Made by a program: the position numbers and the translations under genes. A stretch of DNA of 64,000 bases from assembly GCA_964016885.1 (NCBI GenBank), contig OZ024748.1, positions 51,026,001 through 51,090,000 on the forward strand, read 5' to 3'. Below the pieces are notes generated by a model. That model ran no database searches. It had not been told where the DNA came from and saw nothing but the letters and a program-made list of their open reading frames with translations. Every line of letters begins with the position of its first letter. The first letter of the stretch is position 1. Shown here in pieces: positions 13,475-28,542 of this stretch. The stretch is from Eledone cirrhosa. Taxonomy: Eukaryota.

Positions 13475-14280
13475 AACCTATCGTTTTAAATTAAGAAATA
13501 GACACTAGTTAAATTAGTTATGATAACCTTGTTAGGGCTTGAACACCTTTCATGCTAGGTCAACTTGATCACGACTCGCTTGGAGCTAAAGAACAAAATC
13601 AAACACACTCAAATACACAACACCCACCTCTACGAACGTAGTTACTACTATTGCCAACATCTCCTACTTCAACTCTTCAATGTTATCCCTATCGTCAATA
13701 CAAACAACAACATCAGCAACTATATTCCATTGATTTACTGAACAACACTATAAGCACCACATTCGAGAACATATATGTAGCAATCAAACCAACACTGTCC
13801 AATTAGCAACCTCATTAAATTTAATTAGCATGAAATATAAGACAAAAAATGTATTTCCTAAATTAATAATTAAACAATAAATAAATATACACGTATAAAT
13901 TTGAAAATGTTATAAATAAATAACAAAAAAAAATGTAAGAGAAAAACACTATATAAATAAACAAATATTTTATTGGATAACAACCGTGAGAGTTGATTGG
14001 CTGAGAACCATGATGACGCCTAGCGTTGTGGTTCGTATTTTTTGCATTGTGTAATTTTACATTCATGCCATTATTTTTCATTTTTACTTTTAATTAATCA
14101 TACAGATTTTCGATAAACCTTTTAATTGACGTGAACATTTGAATATTTATATAGAGAGATGTCTGCGCAAATTTACATACGTAGGTGTGTGTAAATACAC
14201 ATATACATACGTATATGCATACATTGTGTACATACTGTATATATATATATATATATGTATGAACACACACACACACACAC

Positions 14281-14340
<60 letters not shown>

Positions 14341-14468
14341 GGGTGTGTATATATACATATAACTAAAAGCATAATTACTTCTTCAAGAAGATGCCTCACA
14401 TTCATTCACCTTCGGTGAATATGCCCTTGGCCAGAGGGTATTGATGTTAGCAGAGAGTGTCCAACATT

Positions 14469-14546
14469 CATTAAGTGTTTCGACCCTCACCCGTAGCATC
14501 TTCTCACTGTTGGGTCAGCAATGGGAGGGGGTCGATCTTTAAAATG
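14469..14546 (-). ncRNA. Degenerate type I hammerhead-like relic
   Basis: Minus strand CATT-TTAAAGA-tc-GACCCCCTCCC...GGGTGAGGGTC-GAAA-cac-TT-AATG: helices I and II pair, core has two substitutions relative to CTGAAGA. Confidence 0.35.
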
Positions 14547-14635
14547 CTTGAATATATTTTAAAGCGTTCGTCTACAAGAGTGATCTAAACATTTGGTTTA
14601 GAGTAATATAACTGAATATAACATATCTGCTGAAT

Positions 14636-14852
14636 AATGATTTCTACTATAAGCACAAGGCCAGCAATTTTGGGAAAAGAGAGAGTCGATTATATCGACC
14701 CAGTGCATTACTGGGGCTTTATTTTATCGGCCCCGTAAGGATGAAAGGCAAAGCTAACTTCGGTGGGATTTGAACTCAGATCATAAAGGGGTGTAACTCT
14801 ATGCTGCAAAACATGGTGTCCGATGCTCTACCGATACTGCCAATATACCGCC
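14636..14852 (-). mobile_element. Meta-SINE-like SINE copy
   Basis: Matches the 212-605 unit including the A and B boxes. Confidence 0.85.
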
Positions 14853-15037
14853 CTATCTGCCGAATAATAAAAAGTATCTCGAGATGTGTATATCCATATT
14901 CAGTATGAGATATATTTTGCTGGGACAAAAAATATATTTCTAGGACCTGTTTACAATTGTTGAGACTCAACAAGGATTATAGTTAATCATAAATGAATAA
15001 ATGAAGTTTGAATTGAATCAGAATATATACACAATAA

Positions 15038-15197
15038 GCGGCGAATTGGTAGAGTCGTTAGAACGTCAGATTGAATGCTTTAAGATATTCGTTCCGGCTA
15101 TGTGCTCTTTGAGTTCAAATCCCGCCGAGGTCAACTTTGTTTTTTATCATTTCGAGGTTTATAAAAAAAAAATACCAGTCTAATACTGGGGTGGATT
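15038..15197 (+). mobile_element. Diverged Meta-SINE-like SINE copy
   Basis: GGCGAATTGGTAGAGTCG..GAGTTCAAATCCCGCCGAGGTCAACTTTG..ACCAGT. Confidence 0.75.
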
Positions 15198-16253
15198 CTT
15201 CTTCTATATCTCTTTCTCATTTCCTATTCCTATCTTTCTCTGGAAGAAATCTGCTGTACTCAGGCCTGGAAAGGGATTGGCTCCGCCAGACTTTAAAATG
15301 CCCAAGTAACGCCGTATATCAATACAGTGCACCTACGTTTCTATCAGTTGTCACGGGACCATACATATACACAGTCATGTCAAGAAAGCTACATGCAACG
15401 GCAGCAGAATTCGGCGAAATAATTGCAGAATTCAAATCCTCTAGACAGCAGAGTGTATCAAGAGTTTTAGATGTTCTTGATGTTATTAATACAATAATTC
15501 CTCAAAATACATTTGAAATACACCTTAAAACGATAATTTACTACAGTGACATTATAAACGAGGCTTTATGTAATATAACGTAAGGTTTCATGCGGATTGG
15601 CTGTGATTGGCTATTTCGTATTGTGAGAAAGGAACATTTGCAAGTATTTGCTTTGTCTGAAAATTCGGGTTTATATTTCCAAAGACGAAGTGTTATCAAA
15701 ATTACATAAGGAGCAATTCCTCTTATTTTCCGCTGGCTATAAAATCAGACATTTAAATGGTCCTTTTGTGTGTTTCTGAGCAATAAGTGTTTTCAAAATT
15801 ACACAAAGAACAAGTTCATGGTCTGTTTCCCGGGACTATGAAATTTAAATTTAAATCCACAGTAACTCAATTTAGAGATCCAGTTAGATCGTTTTGTGAC
15901 ATTCTTTATATTTTTCAAAGAAACAGTGTGATTTAAATCTCAGTATTTGAGTTTACATTCTTTTTAAAATATATTTTTTCGTGTTAGCTAGGTTTTCTTT
16001 TTCTGTAATGACCGCGGTCTCGTATATAAAAACTTCAATATTACGGAACTTGTAATAATTAGTTCAGGATTACGTGACTCTTTGACAGGATTTTTATTTA
16101 GGTTTCTGCAGGATTAATAGGCTTCTGGTAGTTAGAACATTGTTGAAATCATATTTTTCAGGTTTCCTATTAAGCAATATATATATTTACACACACACAG
16201 ACACACACATACACACACACACATGTTTATATATATATATATATATAAATATA

Positions 16254-16351
16254 CAGGGTGTCCCCAATAATGTTTGCCCACTTTGATTACATGTACAGGC
16301 AATATTTGAGGAGAATGCTGTTGTAGTGTGTATACATTTTGTGGGGTCACC

Positions 16352-16354
<3 letters not shown>
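16254..16354. mobile_element. ~100-bp Tc1/mariner-type MITE
   Basis: TIRs CAGGGTGTCCCCA / TGGGGTCACCCTG, embedded in (TA)n. Confidence 0.8.
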
Positions 16355-16413
<59 letters not shown>

Positions 16414-17585
16414 TAGATACAAAGTGTGTAGCTGAGACGGCATAAACGTGTATAAATATATACACACATCTTATAAGCAGGCATATAAATATGCCAGAAA
16501 ATACGAATTTCCCTGTATACTGAAAAAAATGATAGACATCTTTAATCGAATTTCTGATATAATTGGACGCTCACATCTTCCAAATTTCACTCCCAAGGCG
16601 TGACACAATCCGAAGCTGTAGCAGAATACAGTTGCTCAAGAAGCCAGGCAGTGGATGTGAATCCGAAACCACATGGAATGTCTGATAGCACCTCGTGTGC
16701 AAAAGTTATCATAAGCGAAAGATACACATTTACTTTGTTCATATATATTCGAGACTCATAATCTCCATTTATTAATTTAACATAGACATTGGTCATAGCC
16801 CCAACAACCTTCTAATATGTTGTAGAGCAATTTCAGTAAAAATATGCGTCGATTAACAGCATTAAGATATACCTTGTGATGTTCAAGTAAGATTAGTTAA
16901 ACATTATATATATTTAACACATACTTATATATATATATATATATATATACGCACACATACATATGTATGTATGTATGTGTGAGTGTAATATGTATTCATA
17001 TATACACACACACACATATACATATAGGTATATATGCATTCAAAAGCATATACATATCGGTATATACAGAGATACACCCGTACATACGTACGTATATAAA
17101 TGTTTGTCTACATTCTTTATTGTTTCCTCAGCTCTTTCATCTCTCAGCCAAAACTTGTAGAAAAATTCAATCAATGAAACAAGCATTATTTTATTGGATA
17201 CTTATCCAATCTTTGAAAAGTATGTCATTGCTTATTAAGAAAAAAAATTGTAAGGAAATTACAATCTTTCTCAATTTCTCTTATGTCTCTCTACTTATAT
17301 TCATATGCATCTACCGCTATCGACATATGTCTCTCTCACTCTTGCTCTTAACGCATGCGCACACACACAAACACACATACACACATATATATATATATAT
17401 TGTATGCGTGTGTGTGAGTGTACTGCAATTATTATTTTCTTTGTTTACTCTTGCAGTTTACTCATTGTTTCACTTATCTTTTAATCTCTCCTTATTTTTA
17501 TCGATACATACATACACATACAATTCATATGTGCACACACACACAACGTATTTATATATCTATATATATATATATATATATATTA

Positions 17586-17775
17586 TCGGGATCCTGACGG
17601 CTGAGCTCTTGCCGGTTCAACAGCTAGTTCTAGTATGGAATTAGCTGTTGAAACGGCAAGACGTCAGCCATCTGATCCCGAGTCTTTATAATATAACCAT
17701 ACTCTACTACCCCAAGTATCGAGTACTCTGGTGAGTAATAGTCTAACCAGTTTCAAACTGAATCCATCCTGATTT
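17586..17775 (+). mobile_element. Fold-back element carrying a hammerhead 3' half plus a shared tail (Penelope pLTR-like)
   Basis: Arms 17586-17626 and 17642-17681; right arm reads GAAA-CGGC-aagacgtca-GCCA-TC; tail ACCATACTCTACTACCCCAAGTATCGAGTACTCTGGTGAGTAA is shared with 23972-24045(-) and 57295-57335; TA runs on both sides. Confidence 0.65.
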
Positions 17776-18462
17776 ATATATATACATATATATATATGAG
17801 ATTTTTTCCTATATTCTTTCAATGTTTCGGTTCCTTTCTGCGTCAGCCATTGTTCTATATTCCTGCCATTCTACTGTTTCTTTTACTGCGATCATTATAA
17901 TTGTATCTCATAGAGGTTCTTCTCATTGTTTCATTCTATATTTTCTCTGCAATACAATGACTTGGTCCTGCAATAATCTCTGTCGTCTTTCTTTAGTAAA
18001 TTCCAAATCAAACAATTTTTCTAATGCTACGAAATGTTTCTTCTGACTTTGTTACAATTAAAAACTTGATGAAATTGTAGAACATCTATCATTTACGCGT
18101 TTTAGACATGGTGAAAACCCTCCCTCGCAAGAGAAGGGCTGAGAAAGAGAGAAGGCTGAAAGAATCGACTCTTCTATTGGGCTGATACTTTATTTATTGT
18201 CCACGAAAGGATTGACAGCAATGTTGATGTCTACGGTATACGTAGATAGATAAATATGCGTGTGTATCATCATGATCATCACCCTTTAACATCCGTTTTC
18301 ACTGCTAGTTGATCATTTTCTGACGGCTATGGTAAATTGTGGACGTTTACTTATTAGGACTGACTGAAAATCAAAGAAATCAATAAGAAGAAGTGGAATA
18401 AACCAAAGATAAACAAAAATGATAACGAAACTTTCTTCTGTTTACATCAACATCGATAATAA

Positions 18463-18662
18463 TAACGGTTTGAGATTTAGGCACAAGGCCAAAAATTTTG
18501 AGTGAGGGGAAAGTCGATTAAATCGACCCCAGTGCATTACTGGTGTAAGGTTGAAAAGCAAAGCTAACCTCAGCGGGATTTATACTCAGAACGTAAAGGG
18601 CCGTAACTGTATGCTGCAAAGCAGAGTGTCCGGTGCTCTACCGATACTTCCAATCCACCTCC
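18463..18662 (-). mobile_element. Meta-SINE-like SINE copy with internal deletion
   Basis: Matches the family unit, lacking part of the core. Confidence 0.8.
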
Positions 18663-18927
18663 CTCCTGTTCTAATCTTACATACAATATTTATACAAAAC
18701 CTAACTGTATCACCAACAATTACTCCCCTCTTTTGGTAGATATTGTAGGTGATACCCTGAATTTTTGATTAAAAATTGCTTCCCTATATGTAGCTGTCTT
18801 TATGTCTAGAGGTGTTGATGTGGTTGTTGGTGGTGTTGTTTGTTATGGTTGGTTTTGTTTTTATATTTGTTGTAACTCTTATTACTAGCCTCGTTGGTCT
18901 TGTTGCTATGTCTCTTCTTGTCTTTAT

Positions 18928-19102
18928 GTTGTTAAACTAGTTAGCGTTGTGATACCTGGTGTTGTTTGCCTAGTGTTGTGATGCCTGCTGTTGTTAAACT
19001 AGTGTTGGGATGGTTGGTGTTGTTAGGCTACTGATGTGATGTTTGGTGTTGTTAGGCTAGTGTTGTGATGTTTGATGTTGGTAAGATAGTGTTGTGATGT
19101 CT
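18928..19102. repeat. Degenerate 29-bp minisatellite, about 6 copies
   Basis: Unit approximately GTTGTTAGGCTAGTGTTGTGATGTTTGGT. Confidence 0.75.
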
Positions 19103-20004
19103 AAAGTTTCAGGTAAAACCAAAGTGGCCACACTTCTGGCTTCATGTATCTAGAAATACATTATGTAATGAATGTGAGCCCCTCTCTGTTTTTTTTTAAA
19201 ACGATCATATATAATTTCAAATGGAATTGTTTATTTCTTCTAGCAAATTAAGCATCCACATAGAAGCACTTTTATTGTCACATTACTGATGTTATTGTTC
19301 TAAGTGGTGCCATTGTTATTTGTGTTGTTATGGTGCTTGTGGTAGTGTTGGTAGTATTGCTTGGAGTGTTGTTGTTTAGTGGTGTTGATAATAGGGTTAG
19401 TGTCACTATTTGTGTTGCACAGAGTGTATTGTTCTTGTTGTTTAACCCCATGTCAACCCTAATCAAGCAGACCTGTGAGCTGTTGTGTCAATCTGCGCAT
19501 GCGTGGAGATGTATAACACTATCAGAGTTTGCGACATCAACATGGCTGCCTATAAAATTTTTACAAACTGTGTTTCTGCAGAAATTTATTATAGTTATAA
19601 AAATATCCAAGTAGATCTAACCCAGAAAAATATTAAAGCTTACGCTTCATCTTCACATATTGCCATTTCATTGTCTAAATATAATACAAGAGCAGCTTCT
19701 ACTTATAAAGCGAAAAGAAAAAACAATATTGCTTTTTATGATAAATTTTACCACGATAGAAAACATTGCCCTTCGTGAGTGGCTATTTGCAATTGTTGCC
19801 AAAAGAAAGGATATTCTGTTAAAGTATGTAAATCAAAGTCATTATCAATAACATCTTTATGTACACAGATCATCCATCTTATCCATTAAAAACTTTAACT
19901 CAGTAAAGTAATGGTTGCTTTTCCTATAGGAGTTGGGAAGGCCGCCACTTCAGGTTTCGTTAATGGAAACGTTTTAAATGCGGTAGCGGATTCATACATT
20001 ATAT

Positions 20005-20063
<59 letters not shown>

Positions 20064-20933
20064 GATGGGGAGGAAGCGAGAGAGATGGGTGCATATATAT
20101 ATATATATACATACACACACACACACATACGTACATTCAAATACACACGCACACGCGTATACACACACAACATACACACACACATATATATATATATACA
20201 CATGTCACAATTTTTGTCTGCCAATTAACTTGCATTGCCAATTTTAAGTTTGTTAAAAGTTTACTTACTAAATTATTTATTGTTCTTGATAAAGTTTAAC
20301 TTCACTACTGGATAAATAAAGATTTTGAAAAATAAATTTTCATTCAATATCAAATTAATTTAGATATATCTTTAATACTTCAAATTTGATGTTAACTTGT
20401 CTTTTCAAAATAATTTTGACTTGCCATAGTAGTGATCAATTATCCCTTCTATTAACCTACCAGGACGTGCGACATGTAAATAGTATCAGCAATGGAAAGA
20501 CTAATGGAAACATTGTTTCCTTGGTCCAATTTGATGAGTTCGACCCCACTCGCTAAGCGAATGATGTCTGGATCTTGTCAATCAAACACTCTGTAGTAAT
20601 CTGAATAAAAATAGATACTTACTTGTATTTCTACTTCGAGACTGTTTATAGCTTATTAATGATAGTTTTTCTTTTCCAGAATATTAGTTTCCTGATTTTT
20701 TTGTTTCATAGGATTAATTTCAAAAAGAGATTTACAAGATCTCAGCATCTAAAAAGCTACATGCAAATGTCTTCATGTCTCTTCTTCTCTACTTCCTCTC
20801 AATGCTTTCTTCTTTTCCTTCCTTCTATTCTCTTACTTCTTGCTAGTAACTTTCTTTACCATATCAACATACCTATTTTGCAAATTTTACATTCAAATTC
20901 GTCACATATTATCTCAACGTTCTCATTTTCTAC

Positions 20934-20970
20934 CTTTCTGATGACAGAGTTACGTCCGAAACGTTCAAGA
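20934..20970 (+). ncRNA. Minimal Penelope-type hammerhead motif (imperfect helix II)
   Basis: CTTT-CTGATGA-CAGAGTTACGTCC-GAAA-CG-TTC-AAGA; related to the 24182-24217 copy, and both are followed by GTTAAACTAAT. Confidence 0.5.
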
Positions 20971-21072
20971 TATTTCTATTTTAGTCAAGGTTAAACTAAT
21001 GTCATTGCCACTGTATTTTGTTATTTCTCTGTAGCTGCTTTTTAAACTTTATATTGACTTCTTACTACCACT

Positions 21073-21123
<51 letters not shown>

Positions 21124-22070
21124 ATATATATTTATATATAATGCATATATGTAAAAAGGAACAAATTCTATTTAAAATGGCGAAGATTTGCATAAGTTGT
21201 TAATATTGATTCAAAGCATTACCATTGTAGTATCTCTTTATAATTTATATTAAAATATATAACTTTTAATATAAAAGTTACAATAAATATATAACAACTC
21301 TTGCGAATGAAAATATAGAATTAGCAAATGTGTGTGAGTGTTTTAGACGGGGACGATCAATACAGCTAAAAGTTGTAATTTATAGTCGTGTATTCGTTGC
21401 CTTTTCGTGGTTTTATAGTCGCTACTTATTATCAACAACTACTTATATATTTATTCCTGACTACTTAGTCGTATTTTATTGCCGTGTTTTCGTTGCCGAT
21501 TCCTGTTTTTATAGTCGCTACTTTTGTCATATTTTCTGGTGTTTTAGCTACAACATTGTGATAATTAGTATTTCAATAACATTATCATTAGTATATCAAT
21601 AACATTTTTCTCATTGATGTAGTAATTAAAGGAGAATAAGGATAAACATCAAAACGGTTTCCGCTCAGTGACAAATAATATTCTATAAACATCAAAGGAA
21701 ACCTGGATAACTCAAGAATCTTCTTGTCATTATTATCCCTAACTTATAATCAAATTACACGAAAATATCACGAGAGATTAGCTTGTTTCCAATTTTATAT
21801 AAATATTTAATTTCAATTTTGTTATACCCTATTGTTTATATGAATTAATTTTATTCTTAAATAAATTTAATTTAGAACACAATAGTGATAATTGGAGCAA
21901 TTAATTGTATTTAAAATAAAAAAGCTAATGATTATTTTAGGCAAAGTTGTGAAAACAGTAATTTTGAAAAGTAGTTATTTAAACAGATCTACATTATATA
22001 TATATATGATGTGTGTGTGTCTCTCGCTCTCTCTCTATATATATATATATATAAAGAGAGAAAGTAGAGA

Positions 22071-22155
<85 letters not shown>

Positions 22156-22903
22156 CAAACCTAATCCATTCAAGTAGCTCATGTAACAATGAATTTGAAG
22201 TTAAAAATCTATACCATTTTAAAAGGACACTTTCTGCCGAAATATTATTAGAACTTTCTGCAATCTATTATAGAAGGTCAATATATATTGTAAATATAAA
22301 AAATGAAAATGTACTGTCTGACGATTTTCGTATTTCATTTAAACATAAATTTGATGCAGTTCTTCAACTATTTTAATCCGATTTCTCCTATTATATCGAA
22401 TTTTCACGTTAATCACATGAATCTAAGCAAATGTAAAAATGTATGTGGTGTATGTTTGTCTTTGTAATTACATATATATATGAATTATATCCGCGTTTTA
22501 CATCACTATCTGAAACACATCTAGTTACTTAATTCCAAATCTCCCTCTCTCACACACTTTCTGTCTGTCTTTCTATCTATGTTTCTGTCAATCTACCTAT
22601 GTAGAAATAGATATCTCTATTCTCAATGCTCATCTCTCGCTCTCTCTCTCGCTGAGGGTTACTTCCCCATTTTCTCTATACTGCTCTGCTTATACTAATC
22701 TCAAAAGTAATTCTTTCCATCTCATTCTGCCCTCCATTAATTTCGTCTCTATATCACTCTGACAAACCTTTTTGAATATCTTTTGTTTGCATAGTCTGAC
22801 TACTTCTCTAACATTTCTCGAAAGGGTTTCTCTTTCTATATAATTATCTAGGGATTCATCTATTTCTCTACCATATATCTTTCTTTTTCGCCTTTCCTAT
22901 CGC

Positions 22904-22942
<39 letters not shown>

Positions 22943-22958
22943 GTGTGTATGTGTGTGT

Positions 22959-23165
22959 GAAGGCTTGTGGCTGAGTAGTTAGAGAATTGGATTAGCAAAC
23001 GTGGCGTTGTGATTTCGATTTCCAGACTGGGCAATGCGTTATGTCCTTAGCAAGACACTTTATTTCACGTTGATCCTTCTGTCTGGTTTTGCAACCGACA
23101 GATAGTATTATCAATTGGAAAGACCAATGGAAACATTGTTTCCTCGGTCCGATTTGTCGGTCGAC
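22959..23165 (+). mobile_element. tRNA-derived SINE, second family (CORE-like)
   Basis: GGCTTGTGGCTGAGTAGTTAGAG..TTCGATTTCC..GTCCTTAGCAAGACACTTTATTTCAC; homologous to 30658-30878, 44908-45050, 47368-47480(-) and 20480-20560. Confidence 0.8.
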
Positions 23166-23362
23166 TATCGATGTGTGCGTGTGTATAAATATATGCATGC
23201 ATACATACATACATCCATATAAGACTTTTTGTACGTCTTTTGTTGTCTCCTCTGTTTTTAGACACATTGGACTAATGAAACATTTGTTAATACTTGGATT
23301 AAACCCTACTGTATAGTCGATCCGTGTTATTCTTCACTCTTTTATTATTATTATTATTGTAT

Positions 23363-23520
23363 ATAGGGCGGGTAAAATTCTAGAGATCCATGTACGAGTT
23401 TTCTCCAGCGGTCTCTGTCCCTCATCATCGCTGCCATGTCCGACGTCTCCAGTGTCTGTCCTTAGGGCATTAACATATGTTAACATCGTCTTCTTCTACC
23501 AGTGTGTCCATGCAGGGACT
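23363..23520 (-). mobile_element. RTE LINE 3' end fragment
   Basis: Close nucleotide match to 60795-60957 (GCCCTAAGGACAGACACTGG..GAGGGACAGAGACCGCTGGAGA..GAATTTTACCCGCC). Confidence 0.8.
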
Positions 23521-24181
23521 CCCCCCCCCCCCCCACATATATATACATATATATATATATATATACTAGCTCTAGACACAAACACAACTACATCTATCTT
23601 CACATATAAGTGTCTTCGAATAAACGTATATGTTCGATTTGAGGGAAATTAAAGTAAATACATTCAGCACACAATATCCAGCCATCTTATTTGGTCCAGG
23701 GTGAAAATAATTGTGGAATGATACGAAGTAACACTAACTACTGTATAACAACTAAGTAATTATTTGAAGAGATAACATATATACACATTAGATTCATACT
23801 TAGAATAAATTTGTCTTCTGTTTCTAATTAGATTACTTAAGAAGAGAAACGAAATTAATTCTGAAAACTAGTATTTGCATAAAATACTAGAAATAAATTA
23901 TCCCATCCATTCTGAATTATCGATTTATTTCAATTTTGGTTTTAAGACTTAAAAAATGAATTATATATATATAAATCAAGATGGATTCAGTTAGACAATT
24001 ACTCACCAGAGTACTCGATACTAGAGGTAGTAGCGTATGGTTATATGAAATTACACAAACACATACACACACACAGATATATATATATGAATGTAAAAGG
24101 TAATTACAAAAATAATAAAACAAACGGCGCATTACATGAAAGAAATATATTAGTTTAACGCTTGTAATAGCAGGAAGAGAG

Positions 24182-24217
24182 TCTTAACATTTCGGACACT
24201 AGTTCTTTATCAGAAGA
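24182..24217 (-). ncRNA. Minimal Penelope-type hammerhead motif (G8A, degenerate)
   Basis: TCTT-CTGATAA-AGAACTAGTGTCC-GAAA-TG-TT-AAGA: helix I TCTT/AAGA is perfect. Confidence 0.5.
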
Positions 24218-24553
24218 TAGAGTAAAAAGTAGAAGATAAACAGAAAATAAAGACTGATAAGAAGAAGGAACGGGAAAAAAATAGGAAAAAGGGCGAGAAA
24301 AATATACGTGCGTATTCAGTCGGCCATCTTGTAGCGCTATTACAGCTTCAAATTTGAAATAAGATTTTAGATATATATATATATATGTATATATGTATAT
24401 ATATTACCATGTTTTATAACAGGCTGAATGAGTTAGGGTGCATAACCCAACAAAACTTAAGTACGCGTATATATCACTGTTGTAACTAATTAAACTTAAC
24501 TTGTCCTATGGACTGAATGCTCTTACCATTAGATATTTCTATCAAACTTAAAT

Positions 24554-24592
<39 letters not shown>

Positions 24593-24748
24593 TCTGTTCA
24601 TACACGTCACTGAAGAAAATACAAAGAATTATGGCCCTTCAGTCGAAATACCAAGCAAGTTCCTATGGAAGTAGCCATTTTGAGCATCTAAAGATTATAA
24701 GTCTCATGAGTGTTTGTTTCTCTGATATACATACATACATATATATAT

Positions 24749-24835
<87 letters not shown>

Positions 24836-24901
24836 GCTGCAATTATACACACACACACATATGTGTGTGTGTGTGTGGGCATGTATGTATGGTGACATAT
24901 A

Positions 24902-24987
<86 letters not shown>

Positions 24988-25321
24988 AGTATGTGTGCGG
25001 ACGCGGAGTGTGTTTAAAGCCTAAGTTATTTTTTTCCTTTACTAACTGATTCTCGATCTTCCTATTTCATCTCTTCTGTCCCCAACCAACACACACACAC
25101 GAACAAACACACACACACACGAACACACACAGTTTTCTTCATTTCCTTCTGTACCTCTACTTCATCTAATGTTGCTGTTTGTATTCATATTTATTTTTTC
25201 TAAACAAATATAACACATTAACAACATCAGTTACAAATAACATATGAAAACAAATATAACTCTAATTTCAACAATTATTAGGTATATACACATACATATA
25301 GATATATATACACATACACAA

Positions 25322-25360
<39 letters not shown>

Positions 25361-25876
25361 GTTTCCTGGAATTCTCTCCGCAGGCAATTTTTTAAAATAA
25401 ATATAGATAGATAGATAGAGAGATGGGGAAAGAACGATAGAGAGATGTGTATTGATGTTTTCGGAGAAAATGACCCTCATAAGAACATCAGAAAATAACC
25501 AATATATTGGAAAATAGAAAGAATGTGAAAAATAGTTAAGGATCAAATAAGAAGGCGGGAGCGATAGTAAGAGACAGTTATAAACACACACACATGTATA
25601 TATATATAAATATATATATATATAGAGAGAGAGAGAGATAGAGAGATGGACTTATACTTTAGAAGAAATAAATGAGAAAGACAAACAAAAACTATAAGAA
25701 AATGAACAAATGCAAGACAAAAATGGCTAAAATCATTAAAAGAAAATTTGGAGATCGCCTAAGAGACATATATAATGCATAAATAATTATGTATCTATAA
25801 GTATAGATTTCTATTTCTTCGTTCAATTCTCAGCCAGTCTCTTTCTTTGTATGAAAAAAGTACATGTGTGTGTGTG

Positions 25877-25908
<32 letters not shown>

Positions 25909-26104
25909 GAGAAAGAGAGAAACACAGAGAGAGGGAGTGAGAGAGAGAGAGAGACAGACAGACAGGTATAAAGAAGATAGATAAATAGGTTCATGGTTAG
26001 CTTGATGGATGGAAAAAACAGGTACAAAGAGAAAGATTTAGATATTTAATCAAACATATAGGTATATGAATACATAAACGAGAGCTATATAGATAAAAAG
26101 GTGG

Positions 26105-26136
<32 letters not shown>

Positions 26137-26182
26137 CATTTGTACATATATATATATATTTATATATATATCTATATATATC

Positions 26183-26213
<31 letters not shown>

Positions 26214-26246
26214 TGATATATATATTGATATATCTATATATACATT

Positions 26247-26296
<50 letters not shown>

Positions 26297-26808
26297 TATA
26301 TAATATATGTTTCCATGTATGCATTTGTTCTTGTGTATTGGAGGAGACATAAATATATACATGGAAAAAAAATAAACAGAGAGCAAAAAATACATTTACA
26401 AATAAGAACAATTCTAAAGAATGCATCAAAACTCAGATAACACATCAAAAGCAATACACAAACAGAGACTCACATACACACATATAAATAGATAAATGCT
26501 TATATACATTTACAAAAAAGCTATATGCCAAAAAAACAAAACGAAAAAGCACTTTGAATATGGTGCAAAAACGGAGATGATTTCATATGGACATAACAAG
26601 CAGGAAAACAATTGAGGAACAATTTTAGAAAATTAGTTCTCACACCATCAAAACTAAAATGATTAGTTCTAGTCTATGACACCTTTGTGCGGGTGTTTTG
26701 CTGCTTCAGGCTTTACTCATATACATCTTGATGAGTGTCTGAGTTTCTGTACACACACACAAGTATATATATATATATATATATATGCAGTATCCATACA
26801 TAGATACA

Positions 26809-26911
<103 letters not shown>

Positions 26912-27057
26912 AGATAGATTGATGTATGTGGGTGTTGTTTAAGTGTGTATTTGCTTGTGTATAATCATATATACACACACACACACGTAGATACACGTAT
27001 GTAAAGATTGTATAACAACTAGAAAGAAGCACCGATGTTCACATGCCCACACACAGG

Positions 27058-27655
<598 letters not shown>

Positions 27656-28059
27656 GCAGGTAAAAGTATGTTCACATATAACACATTTCTCCTCATATAC
27701 ATGTGCCAATTATATTTAAGAGAGTGTGCGTATGTGTATCTCTATAGGAGGAAATAATGAACGCACACAATCGAACATTCATACATAAACACAGAGAATC
27801 ATATATAGATGTATATTTCCTGCGTTTAGTAATAGATGTAGTGTTAAACTGTAGTTATTATTTTCTTATTTCGTATTTCTGCATTTTTGTTAGTGGTATT
27901 AGTGTTGAAATAGATGCAGAGTTTCATTAGATACATACACAGAAACACACATTTATAAAGCATAAATACACATAGACACAAACCTACACACAAATATATA
28001 TATATATATATATATATACGGAGACATATATGATGTCAAATATATATACATAAATAGTC

Positions 28060-28435
28060 ACACACACTCACACACATACTTATATGTATATACATACTCA
28101 CATACTCACACAAACACATACTTATATGTATATACATACATACTGACACACACTCAAACACATACTTACATGTATATACATACATACATACTCACACACA
28201 CTCAAACACATACTTATATGTATACACATACATACATACTCACACACACTCAAACACATACTTATATGTATATACATACATACATACTCACACACACTCA
28301 AACACATACTTATATGTATATAGATACATACATACTCACACACACTCACACACATACTTATATGAATATACATACATACATACATACTCACACACACTCA
28401 AACACATACTTATATGTATATACATACATACATAC
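28060..28435. repeat. ~48-bp CA/TA-rich minisatellite
   Basis: Unit approximately CACACACACTCAAACACATACTTATATGTATATACATACATACATACT, about 7 copies. Confidence 0.85.
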
Positions 28436-28511
28436 ACACACTCACACAAACATATATGTATATACATACAAACACACACAAACACACGCACAAACATATA
28501 TGTATACACAC

Positions 28512-28542
<31 letters not shown>

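Noticed and set aside
16566-16700. Possible minus-strand exon ending at GTGAGC
   Set aside because: One open frame but no recognisable protein similarity and no partner exons; needs RNA-seq
24608-24655. CTGAAGA...CGAAA hammerhead candidate
   Set aside because: No helix II or helix I pairing
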